A stretch of DNA of 64,000 nucleotides from Proteromonas lacertae (Eukaryota). The notes below the pieces were generated by a model. It ran no database searches. It was given only the letters and a program-made list of their open reading frames with translations, and was not told the DNA's origin. The stretch lies in NCBI GenBank assembly GCA_002245135.1, contig NGBS01001193.1, positions 1 through 64,000 on the forward strand. The letters run 5' to 3'. Within the stretch, counting starts at the first letter, position 1, and every line of letters starts with the position of its first letter. A program made the position numbers and the translations under genes. Positions 24,501 through 37,598 of this stretch are shown one piece after another.

Positions 24501-27500
24501 TGGTGTGATGTTGGTTATTGGAGTCCAAATCAAGACAGAAATAACTGTGAAATATGTAATACAGGAGTGATAAATGAAGATGATACTTATTTGAATATTT
24601 GTCCATGTAATCAATACACTCACTATTTTAATACTGAAAATAAGAGATGTGAAGAATGTCCATTTGGTACATTTCGACCTATAGGATCAAAGAAATGCTT
24701 AAGTCGAATTCCAATCGATGTAAATTTCATGTATTTAGGACTTAGTTTATTAAACGAAGATAATTTATCTCCAATTTATGTTGAAACCTCAAAATTATTA
24801 AAATATGACAATGGGACATTTACATCATCTGATCGAATAGGTAAAATGATGATATCTTATAATAAATGGTGTTATGATTTATTAAATGTGAATATTAAAA
24901 ATGAATATACTAGTAACTGGTGTTTGAATGGTAATGGATATGATTTAATTTATATAAAATATGCAATGGAGATATATACACCTGAAGATGAAAATGAAAT
25001 TTATTATGAATTTAATGAAAGAAGTTTAAATGAGTTGAATCAAAGATATCGATTATATATAATAATATGTAAAGATAATTTACCTGAAATAATCGATGAA
25101 AGTGGATTTCGTGTTAAAGATGGCGGGTTTTATGATTATTATGATTATTATCGAAATCATTTATTAATAATTAATACAGGTAGTGTTAAATATAACTTGA
25201 GTAATTATCGACTTATAGAAATGCATAATTTAGGAAATGATAATGAAATAGAAATAATGAAAATAATAAAAGAGAAATTGAATCGAATCGAATTTGCAGA
25301 AGGTAAATTAGCAAGTCCATGTGGTCGAAATACTCGATACGAAAATACTAAGTGTATAGCATGTGAATCAACAAAATATAGTTATGCAGGTAGTTATAAA
25401 TGTTCAAAATGTGAAGGTGATATTGATTGTGATTCAATAAGTCGTTTGAAACCATTTTTTGTAGATAGTGAAAGTCAATTGACGAAGTATATAGGTAATA
25501 GCGAAGAAAATCAAATCGTAATTCCATCTAATAATGCGAAATATTTAAATTTTCAAAAGAATGTAATAGAAAATAGTAATACAAATTACAAATTGGTGAA
25601 ATATTTATTTTATCGAACAAGTGGTGATGTTTATAAAGAAATAGATAGAAGTTCAAAATCATGGCAAAAATTCGAATTAGAAGCAATAGAATATTATTCA
25701 ATAGTAATAACAACATCAAGTAGTAGTGGTGTTCGAAATTATCGTTGGAGTTTACAATGGTGTGATGTTGGTTATTGGAGTCCAAATCAAGACAGAAATA
25801 ACTGTGAAATATGTAATACAGGAGTGATAAATGAAGATGATACTTATTTGAATATTTGTCCATGTAATCAATACACTCACTATTTTAATACTGAAAATAA
25901 GAGATGTGAAGAATGTCCATTTGGTACATTTCGACCTATAGGATCAAAGAAATGCTTAAGTCGAATTCCAATCGATGTAAATTTCATGTATTTAGGACTT
26001 AGTTTATTAAACGAAGATAATTTATCTCCAATTTATGTTGAAACCTCAAAATTATTAAAATATGACAATGGGACATTTACATCATCTGATCGAATAGGTA
26101 AAATGATGATATCTTATAATAAATGGTGTTATGATTTATTAAATGTGAATATTAAAAATGAATATACTAGTAACTGGTGTTTGAATGGTAATGGATATGA
26201 TTTAATTTATATAAAATATGCAATGGAGATATATACACCTGAAGATGAAAATGAAATTTATTATGAATTTAATGAAAGAAGTTTAAATGAGTTGAATCAA
26301 AGATATCGATTATATATAATAATATGTAAAGATAATTTACCTGAAATAATCGATGAAAGTGGATTTCGTGTTAAAGATGGCGGGTTTTATGATTATTATG
26401 ATTATTATCGAAATCATTTATTAATAATTAATACAGGTAGTGTTAAATATAACTTGAGTAATTATCGACTTATAGAAATGCATAATTTAGGAAATGATAA
26501 TGAAATAGAAATAATGAAAATAATAAAAGAGAAATTGAATCGAATCGAATTTGCAGAAGGTAAATTAGCAAGTCCATGTGGTCGAAATACTCGATACGAA
26601 AATACTAAGTGTATAGCATGTGAATCAACAAAATATAGTTATGCAGGTAGTTATAAATGTTCAAAATGTGAAGGTGATATTGATTGTGATTCAATAAGTC
26701 GTTTGAAACCATTTTTTGTAGATAGTGAAAGTCAATTGACGAAGTATATAGGTAATAGCGAAGAAAATCAAATCGTAATTCCATCTAATAATGCGAAATA
26801 TTTAAATTTTCAAAAGAATGTAATAGAAAATAGTAATACAAATTACAAATTGGTGAAATATTTATTTTATCGAACAAGTGGTGATGTTTATAAAGAAATA
26901 GATAGAAGTTCAAAATCATGGCAAAAATTCGAATTAGAAGCAATAGAATATTATTCAATAGTAATAACAACATCAAGTAGTAGTGGTGTTCGAAATTATC
27001 GTTGGAGTTTACAATGGTGTGATGTTGGTTATTGGAGTCCAAATCAAGACAGAAATAACTGTGAAATATGTAATACAGGAGTGATAAATGAAGATGATAC
27101 TTATTTGAATATTTGTCCATGTAATCAATACACTCACTATTTTAATACTGAAAATAAGAAATGTGAAGAATGTCCATTTGGTACATTTCGATCTATTGGT
27201 GCTTTAAAATGTGGTTATACTCCTGATGTATTAACTAGTTTATCTACAACATATTTAATAATATTATTTAGTAAAAATCAGATATCAATGTTGTTATATT
27301 CTATGAAGAAGATTTTATTCGAATCAGTAAATACATTTTCATTTTCTGTTTTATCAGATTATCAAATTGATCAAATTAAATCTAATCCCAGTTTTATTAT
27401 TTATTCAAAATTACCTCAATCTTCATTGAATCAATTGACTGGAATGTTTTTAACTCATATTAATAACAAATATACTCTATCAACATATCCATTTGTTAAA

Positions 27501-30500
27501 CTCTATTCAACTGATGAAAACAAGTTTGATTATTCATATATTAATATTGGTGTATATTTATCAATTGATGATACAATTCCAATAATAAAAGAATGTGTTA
27601 GTATCAATAAAAACTCAAATGATTTTACCAAAACAATAGTTTCTAATAATGTATTTTTGATATTTGTAACTTTAAATAAAGAAAAAGAAATTGTTTCAAA
27701 TGAGATAGAAAATCTATTAAGTTGTATTTATGGAATAGTAATAACAAAAAGTGAAATAGATGAATCATTGAAAATGATTTCTTCAATTTCTCCTTCTCTT
27801 CAACCTGATAATCCATTTGTATCACCAAAATCTTCCAATATTGAATCATGTAGATCTGAAGTACTTTCTTCAGTGTATAACACCTATTTTACAATTCCTA
27901 AAACCTGCTTTCTAAAAGATACTCAAGAGAAAGTATATGGAAGAATAATCTCTCCATTAAATGGCTTAATAATCAGTGTAAATGAAAATAATGGATTTGA
28001 ATTAATATGTAAAGATGAAGAATGTATAGGTTTAAATGTATTAACCTTAGTTGGTCAAAATGGAGTTGAATTAAACAAACATACAATCGAAATAACAATA
28101 AGTAAAACTTCATCAATTCCTTATTTTAATCAAAAATACTCAAAGAAAATCGATATTGGTATAAAATATGATTTAGAATTATCTGAATATCTCTTATCAA
28201 AATATTATCCATTAAATGTAAAGATATTAAAAGAGAATGATATATGTGATAAATATGTATATTTATTAAATCAAAGAATGTATATTGAATGGACAAATCC
28301 AACAGATATAGAATCTTGTATAATGAGTTTATCAATAAAATTCCAAGATTCAATTTCCACAGTTGAATTATCAATATCTCCAAATATTGAACAGGATATA
28401 CTAAGTGGTCATGTCACTACTAATGTTAATGCAAGATCTACAAAGAGTTTTGAATTTGTTAGTAATAATGCTCCAAAGATATCTGTTCGTCTTTATGAAA
28501 AATTACAAAGTGGTGTTACAATAAAGATTGGCGCTTTAAATGATGATGGTTCAGTGATAGAAAGTAGTTATAAATCCATATCTGTAACAACATTAGACCC
28601 ACAAGTTATAATTGTTACTCCTTCAGTTAAAGCTGTGATTACAATTACAACTGGATCTTATTCAACTAATTACTTCACATTACAATGGAATCTTCTTTAT
28701 TGTGAAGATAATGAATGGAGTAAAAGTAAAACAGAAGGTGTTTGTGAAATATGTAATACAGGAGTGATAAATGAAGATGATAACTATTTGAATATTTGTC
28801 CATGTATTCAATACACTCACTATTTCAATACTGAAAATAAGAGATGTGAAGAATGTCCATTTGGTACATTTCGACCAAAAGGTTCAAAGAGATGTTTGAA
28901 TCGAATTCCAATCGATGTAAATTTCATGTATTTAGGACTTAGTTTATTAAACGAAGATAATTTATCTCCAATTTATGTTGAAACCTCAAAATTATTAAAA
29001 TATGACAATGGGACATTTACATCATCTGATCGAATAGGTAAAATGATGATATCTTATAATAAATGGTGTTATGATTTATTAAATGTGAATATTAAAAATG
29101 AATATACTAGTAACTGGTGTTTGAATGGTAATGGATATGATTTAATTTATATAAAATATGCAATGGAGATATATGCATCTGAAGATGAAAATGAAATTTA
29201 TTATGAATTTAATGAAAGAAGTTTAAATGAGTTGAATCAAAGATATCGATTATATATAATAATATGTAAAGATAATTTACCTGAAATAATCGATGAAAGT
29301 GGATTTCGTGTTAAAGATGGTGAATTTTATGATTATTATGATGATTATCGAAATCATTTATTAATAATCAATATAGGTACAAAAACATATGATTATCATA
29401 ATTATCGAAATCTCGAAATAGCCAATATAGGAAATGTTAATGAAGAAGCCATTATGAATACAATAAAAGAGAAATTGAATCGAATCGAATTTGCAGAAGG
29501 TAAATTAGCAAGTCCATGTGGTCGAAATACTCGATACGAAAATACTAAGTGTATAGCATGTGAATCAACAAAATATAGTTATGCAGGTAGTTATAAATGT
29601 TCAAAATGTGAAGGTGATATTGATTGTGATTCAATAAGTCGTTTAAAACCATTTATAGTGAATAGTGAAGGTCAAATATCAAAATATATAGAAAGGTATG
29701 AAGAACATCGAATTGAAATTCCCTCAAATAATGCTAAATATTTATATTTTGAAAAAAATATAAAAGAAACTAATTACATAAATTTATATTTAGTAAAAGG
29801 CTTATATTTATATTCAACTTCCTTGGCATATAAAGAAATAGATAGAAGTATAACAGATTGGCAAAAATTCGAATTAGAAGAAAGTGAATATTATTCGATA
29901 GAAATAGTTGCTTCATTTAACTATGATAGTAAAATTCAAAATTTTCATTGGAGTTTACAATGGTGTGAAGTAGGTTCTTGGAGTCCAAATCAAGACAGAA
30001 ATAACTGTGAAATATGTAATACAGGAGTGATAAATGAAGATGATACTTATTTGAATATTTGTCCATGTAATCAATACACTCATTATTTCAATACTGAGAA
30101 TAAGAAATGTGAAGAATGTCCAGCAGGCACATTTCGACCTATTGGTGCTTTAAATTGTGGTTATACTCCTGATTTATTAAATAGTTTATCTACAACTAAT
30201 ATCAACTTATTATTTAGTTTAAACAAATATTCAATGATGATGTATTCTATGAAGAAGATTTTATTCAAATCAGTAAATACATTTTCATTTTCTGTTTTAT
30301 CAGATTATCAAATTGATCAAATTAAATCTAATCCCAGTTTTATTATTTATTCAAAATTACCTCAATCTTCATTGAATCAATTGACTGGAATGTTTTTAAC
30401 TCATATTAATAACAAATATACTCTATCAACATATCCATTTGTTAAACTCTATTCAACTGATGAAAACAAGTTTGATTATTCATATATTAATATTGGTGTA

Positions 30501-33500
30501 TATTTATCAATTGATGATACAATTCCAATAATAAAAGAATGTGTTAGTATCAATAAAAACTCAAATGATTTTACCAAAACAATAGTTTCTAATAATGTAT
30601 TTTTGATATTTGTAACTTTAAATAAAGAAAAAGAAATTGTTTCAAATGAGATAGAAAATCTATTAAGTTGTATTTATGGAATAGTAATAACAAAAAGTGA
30701 AATAGATGAATCATTGAAAATGATTTCTTCAATTTCTCCTTCTCTTCAACCTGATAATCCATTTGTATCACCAAAATCTTCCAATATTGAATCATGTAGA
30801 TCTGAAGTACTTTCTTCAGTGTATAACACCTATTTTACAATTCCTAAAACCTGCTTTCTAAAAGATACTCAAGAGAAAGTATATGGAAGAATAATCTCTC
30901 CATTAAATGGCTTAATAATCAGTGTAAATGAAAATAATGGATTTGAATTAATATGTAAAGATGAAGAATGTATAGGTTTAAATGTATTAACCTTAGTTGG
31001 TCAAAATGGAGTTGAATTAAACAAACATACAATCGAAATAACAATAAGTAAAACTTCATCAATTCCTTATTTTAATCAAAAATACTCAAAGAAAATCGAT
31101 ATTGGTATAAAATATGATTTAGAATTATCTGAATATCTCTTATCAAAATATTATCCATTAAATGTAAAGATATTAAAAGAGAATGATATATGTGATAAAT
31201 ATGTATATTTATTAAATCAAAGAATGTATATTGAATGGACAAATCCAACAGATATAGAATCTTGTATAATGAGTTTATCAATAAAATTCCAAGATTCAAT
31301 TTCCACAGTTGAATTATCAATATCTCCAAATATTGAAACAATTGAACTATATGATGATTTACAATTCTATTATGCGAATAATGCTTATAAAATCGATTTG
31401 GCATGTGATGACTATAAAGCATTAAGTGACTCTCAACCAATAGAATCTATCAATAACAAAACTGGATTTTACTATTTACCTCCTGAATTAGAAGTATTAA
31501 CAATTCATGAAGCAATGATAATCTGTTATTTAGATGATGAAGTAAAATTCTATGGATATGAATATTTATATTTAAGTGAAGAAATGATATTTCCAAATCA
31601 ACTATCAATATTGAACATACTTCCAGGATCTTATCAATATGAATTTAATAACAAACCATCAACATTAATCAAAGTGAATGAAATACAAAATAATCACACT
31701 TTGATTAGTCGAATCACAGTTGGAGATAAATCAACCAAATTCATTTTATGTTCTTATTTGAATGAAAATTATATGGGATGTAATTATAATTTAGAATCTT
31801 ATTTATCAGATAGTTCAAATGAAGGAACATTATTAGTTCATGCAATTGAAGATAATCCAACATCAAAGATTACATTTTATGATGAATGTGTGAATAATTG
31901 CAATCATGGAAGTTGTATATTTGGAGAATGTGTATGTATGAAAGGATGGAAGAATGTTGATTGTAACAGTGAATTTATCTCTCCAATATTTAAGAATGAT
32001 GTAAAGATAATTGAATGTGAAGAGAATAAGAAATGTTCATTTAAAAATCCAATTGTTATTGAAAATAGTAATGTGTTTAAAGATATATCTTACTCAATAT
32101 CAAAACCATTCAAATATGAAAAAGACAGCAATTCATTTGTATCCTCAGTGATAATAACAAATTTAGTTGATATTCGAAATATAAGAATCTCAATCAAAAC
32201 AGATAATGAGATAAACTCATTTGAAGTTGAGATAAAACTAATACTTAAAATCAAGCCGGAGTTGAAATTATCTGATTATTTAGAATGTAAAACAAAGACA
32301 GATTCATATATATCTTCATCCAACATATTCAAAATATCAAATGAAAATAAAATGAAATTAATGATAGAAAAGAAATGTGAAAATGAGAAGAAAGGAAGAA
32401 AAATGATAATAAAAGAAAATTCCTTTTCAATATCTGAAATATCCAAATCAGATTGTATTTACGCATTATCTAATCTAAATTCTGTTGATTTAAAGTCGTC
32501 TTACAATCTGAAAGGAAATGAAATATATTTTGATTCTTCAAATATTTATCAAAATCCAAACTGTATAGATTCTGATAAATGTGAGATTAATTTCACAATC
32601 CATAAATCTTGTTTAATTTCCTCAATAGAATTACCAAATATAAATGGATTGAAGTTAAGTCAAAACAAAACTAATGAAAATGAGATAGAAATAACAATAG
32701 AATGTGATAAAGAATCTTCAAATGATAATAGAATAAATGAATATGAAATAGAGATAAAAGAATTCGGAATAACAATCCCAATATCATTTGATTATCGAGA
32801 ATATAATATAAAATCAAATAAAAATGAATATTCTATATCATTAATGAGAGATGAATGTGTAATGAAATCCATTGAAATATCTTTTCATATTCCATACTCA
32901 GTGTTATTAATAATAGAATCAGATTCTTCATCAATAAAGCCAATCAATAAAAACATGACCTTATATTCGAAAGACTATTTAAATGAATTGTCATATTCAA
33001 TTCCATTAAAAATCTGTATAAATGAGAATGAGAATGTAAAATTAAAAATATCCAGTTATTCATCAAAAGAAGAATTCTCAAAAACAATTGAAATTCCATT
33101 TGATTTAAGTGTATTAAATAATGATAATGATAAAATAACATTGAAAATAAAATGTTTTGATGAAATTAGTTTAATCAACAAAATAGAAAACGATGTTGGT
33201 TTTCAAGTAGAACTTCAATCATCAAGAAATAATTATATAAAAGAATCAAATGGAGAATCAATTATTATGTCAATTGAAAGAGGCGATTATTCCATGATAA
33301 TAACTCCCAAAGATAATATGAGAGAATCTGTTATATCATTCCATCATTTGGTAAAAAATGAAGAAGAATTATATATCTATTTACCATATCCAAATATAAT
33401 AATGAGTTGGTATTTGAATGAAACAAAAGAAATTGAAGAGAGTAATAGAATAATGAATAGAATAGAATATATAAAATCGTTAGAAGAAGCAATAATAGTG

Positions 33501-36500
33501 ATAAGTCCATCAATAATAAACCTAAAAGAGATAAAAGAAAAAGAGATTGGAAAAATGGAATTTGTTATTCGAAATATAGGTAAAGGAAAAGCTTATAGTA
33601 TAAAGCATTTATTACCAAAAGTGATCGATAATTATTACTTTCTATGTGAAGATAATCCAATAATTCAAATGTTAAATCCATCTCAATCTACAATAATCGA
33701 ATATAAAATAACCAAATTATATGAAAAAGAGAATGAAGAAATATATTGTAATTCCTATAAAATTGAATATGAGAATGATATAATTCCATCAGTAATATCA
33801 ATGAAATATCCAATAATCGAAAATGAAAGTTGTATAGATTCTTTGAGAACCTCAATTTCCATCTTATTCCAAACAAATATTTGATGAATCACTATCCTTG
33901 AATAAAGAAATTAATTCCAATCAAAACTCCAATAATTTATGAGAATTATATAAATGTTGATAGTTTTGATGATTTAAATGGAGAAAAATCCAGAATAAGT
34001 CATATATTCCCAATTGAAAAAGAGAACTTATGTAAGAAAAGAAATTTGAAATGTGAAGAAAAAGAAATAAAAAGTGATGATATATTATTAATATCTAAAG
34101 AAAGTACAAACCAACTATTTGAAGATTATAATGGAATATTATCATTATATTATTCAATGAGTGATGAAAGAGTAGGATATTATTTAGAATTTGAATCATA
34201 TAAAGAAATCAATCCAATTGAACTATTTAAAATAATCTTATCTTCATCTTCTTATGGAAATAGTAAAATATCAATAACAAATCATATAAATGAAATATCA
34301 AAAGTAATGATGAATTGTATGAAGAATTCAGAAAGAATAATCGGAATTTATTGAAAACATCCTAAGCAAAAGAGAAATAATCGAAATAAGAGATTTAAAT
34401 GATAATTTGATGGATTTATCCTTCTCATCATGTAAATTGAAAAGTGAATGTTTATCTAATTACTTGTTTGTAGTGAATATTCCATATTATATTCAGTATT
34501 ATTTATTGAAAAGTGATAAATATGAATATTCTGAAGAATTCTATTCCAAACTATCTGAATATATTTCTACATCTAATAATTATCCAATTTCTACTTTAAC
34601 ATTATCTGAAGAAGAAGAATTATTGAAATTAATCTCTGAAAAGAATAAGAAAGAAGTGAAAGTGATATTAGATAATCTTAATCAAGAAATAACAAATCTA
34701 TTAAACCCAAATTCTGAAATTTCAATACTGATGAAAAGATTAAGTAATTTCATATTACATTTCATGATAGATTATAATGAAAAGTATCCATCAGCTGAAT
34801 CTAGTTATTATTATGATTTATTGATAGAAAAAATATCAATTAAAGACTATGAGATAAATGAATGTGGAGGAATAATTCCAATGATAAAAGAGAATCCAAA
34901 GAATTCCAATTCCTATTCAATATCATTTTCAATATTCATACCAAATATTGATGTAATACCAAAGATTCATCCTCAAATATCCTATTCTTGTGATAAAGAT
35001 AATAATATTGAATTAATATTAACTCAAGTGAATGAAGATATAATATCAAATATTGATGATTATATATTTGAAAGTAATAGAAGATATACCTTTGTTTATT
35101 CATTCTCAACAAATGAAAGGATAGAAGAAAATGTGAAATGTGAAATAAAAGGCTCAATGAGTTTATCTGAAGAAAATGAAGAATATTATTATTACATTCT
35201 AATAATAAACAAATCAATAAAAATGAAGAAAGAATCTTATGAATTAGAAATAAAGAATTATATATTGAACATAAATAGAGAAGAATATGATTCATTTAAT
35301 AATCCAATGAAAAATAAAATAATTGAAAGAATCGATAATATTGGAGAAGGTAAAAGCGGATCTATCTGTTTACCAAATAAGATGATATATATAAATGATA
35401 ATAATGATATTTATAACTATAAACGTTAGAATCAAATAAAGAATTGAGAATCTCAAATGATGGAATTTGTATAAATGGAATAGAAAGTAATAATCATGTT
35501 GATATAATCTACACAGTCAATTCCAATTCTTCAGAATCAATAAGAATAGAATCAATGTATGAAGCCTAATATAATAAAACCCAATATAGTGAATATATTA
35601 TACAGTAATAATGAAAATGATGTTTATTATGACAATTATGAAGATGAAATAATAGTAATGAAGAATTCTAGTGATAATTGGAAAATCTGTAATAATAGAG
35701 TATTACCAAACAGTTGTTCTGCTTATTTATCTCCGAAATATAATCAGATAATACTAAATCCAAATATAATATTCGAATCTGAGAATATTTATGAAGTAGA
35801 ATCATATAAAATAATATCCAAACCATTTGAAAATGATATGAAAAAAGTGATAATGAAGATAAAGACATTAATTCCAAGAGATCATATAATTCTATCAATA
35901 TCTTATTGTAAAAAGAAAGTGAAATATTGGAGACAACCTGAATTATATATTTATGATTATATTTATATATATATTGATGAATATGATAAAGAGTGTTCTG
36001 AAGTGAAAATGAGAGTATTTAATCCCAAATCCAAATTTGAAATTCAACCTCCAACATTAAACAACAATAAAGAAGAGAATACTCAATACAAAATCTCATC
36101 AAATAATGAGTTAGAATTATCAATAAATCCTCCATTGAATATAACAAAATATATAATCTCTATAAAATCTGGAGATAATGAAAAAGACTCTTTAATAGTA
36201 GAAATAGATGAAAAGAATAAAGATTCATTATCAATAAAAAGTAATTTCGCAACTTGTAAAGTATATTCAATTGATATATTTGGTGTAAATGAGAGAGAAG
36301 AAAAGTCATTCTATCCAATAAGAATAAATGCAAAATCTGTATGTGAAAATATGAATAAGGAACTTAATACATATGGAATATTCAAGATTGCAGCAGTAGT
36401 TTTGCCAATAATAGCAGTTATATTGGGAGTTTTTATAGTGAGAGATATTAAGGTATATGGAAAGAGAAGGAAAAATATTGTCAAAGAAAGGGATATTGAA

Positions 36501-36527
36501 ATGGTCAATATTCCTACTAGAAATTAA
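21576..36527 (+). CDS. Giant (~5,000 aa) Cys-rich repetitive type I membrane/surface protein
   Basis: N-terminal hydrophobic signal, repeated CEIC..CPC..CEECPFGTFR (GCC2/GCC3/ephrin-receptor-like) linkers, an EGF-like CVNNCNHGSCIFGECVCMKGWKNVDC, a C-terminal TM IAAVVLPIIAVILGVFIV and a basic tail. ORFs 21576, 34046, 34407 and 35559 join via about five single-base indels; no introns evident. Confidence 0.75.
21753..28880 (+). repeat. N-terminal module duplicated internally (about 21753-22170 and 28461-28880)
   Basis: SNNAPKISVRLYEKLQSGVTIKIG...CEECPFGTFRPKGS occurs twice, offset 6708. Confidence 0.9.
22627..27191 (+). repeat. Exonic tandem repeat, 1,257-bp unit (419 aa), about 3.6 near-identical copies
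   Basis: Identical antisense ORFs at 23014, 24271, 25528 and 26785 give a period of 1257. Copies look almost identical; one synonymous TAC/TAT difference was seen at about 23651. Confidence 0.95.
27297..31337 (+). repeat. About 1.1-kb exonic direct duplication (27297-28391 and 30243-31337)
   Basis: Offset 2946, confirmed by identical antisense ORFs at 27643 and 30589. Confidence 0.92.
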
Positions 36528-36648
36528 CTCTTTATTATTTGATTTATCAAAATGTTTGTACAATTGTGATATATTCATCTTCTATATATTATAATATTTA
36601 TTCTAAACAACATTTTCAAGAATTGTGAAACGCCTATATTTTGATAAA

Positions 36649-37190
36649 ATGTAATTTCTCTATTTATTCTATAACCATAGGAGTGAGAATGATAATTCAA
36701 ATAAATGTGAAGTGTGTAATAATAATATATTCAAGTATACATATAATAATTATTATTTAGATATAAATGCCCAAAATGCCGACTAAAGTATTGTTCGTTA
36801 GAGTGTTACAAGATTCATATATCTAGTGATGAATGCCAAAAAGATGAAAACATAAATAAGCTTTCAAGTTCAACAGATAGTAAAATCCCCCTAGTATATT
36901 AATTGAGGGGTAATATATGTATGATAGAATGTAGATGATGAATGATACGAAAGTATTTGATCGATGAAAGTCGTTTAAAATGTCTAGAACAATCACCAAA
37001 ACTGAGAGAGATGTTAAAATCTAAAACAATTCAAGAAATGGTTAAAATAATAGTTAGTAGTAAGGACAAAATGAATGAATTAGAATTGCTGAGAAAAGAG
37101 CCAGAATTTGGGGAGATGATTGATGAGTTACTAATAACTGTAGGTGTATGTAGAAGGAACGATGATAATCAAATAGAATTTCTGTTATAA
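36649..37190 (+). CDS. HIT-type zinc finger protein (ZNHIT3/Hit1-like, box C/D snoRNP assembly)
   Basis: CEVC...KYKCPKC.LKYCSLECYKIH after removing introns 36651-36680 and 36735-36760. C-terminus resembles ZNHIT3 (LEQSPKLREMLK...EPEFGEMIDELL). Third intron about 36894-36927 and one apparent missing A near 36941. Confidence 0.82.
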
Positions 37191-37598
37191 TTTTCGTTAC
37201 TTTTGTTTAAATGCAAGGTAATTGTGTTTATGTTGTAATGTGCATAAAATTCCCAAATACTTTCTGAGTGTCAAATTTAATGATAAATTAATGATATTAT
37301 TCATAAAGCAAGGCTTCTAGGATGATTGTTATTTAATCAAACATAGATTATTCAAATTATAAAACCTAAAATTGGTTATAGAGCATCATTATACATATAT
37401 GATATTTAGTAATACATTATATTCAGCGTCAGTGAAGTAGATATCTAATTTTTTTAGTTATCACCTTATAAGTATCATTTTCTTTTAACTATCTATCATT
37501 TATTTTAACCATCTATCAGTGCTGACATAAGAATAATCGTGAAATAATTAGTTAACTTTTTGAATTTTTGTGGGTTTTATTTTCATTCTTCATAAAAT

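Noticed and set aside
23014..27120. Four identical 111-aa minus-strand ORFs
   Set aside because: These are antisense shadows of the coding tandem repeat, with no protein-like features.
22627..27191. CRISPR-like or non-coding satellite array
   Set aside because: The unit is 1,257 bp (a multiple of 3), has no spacers and lies fully within an open reading frame.
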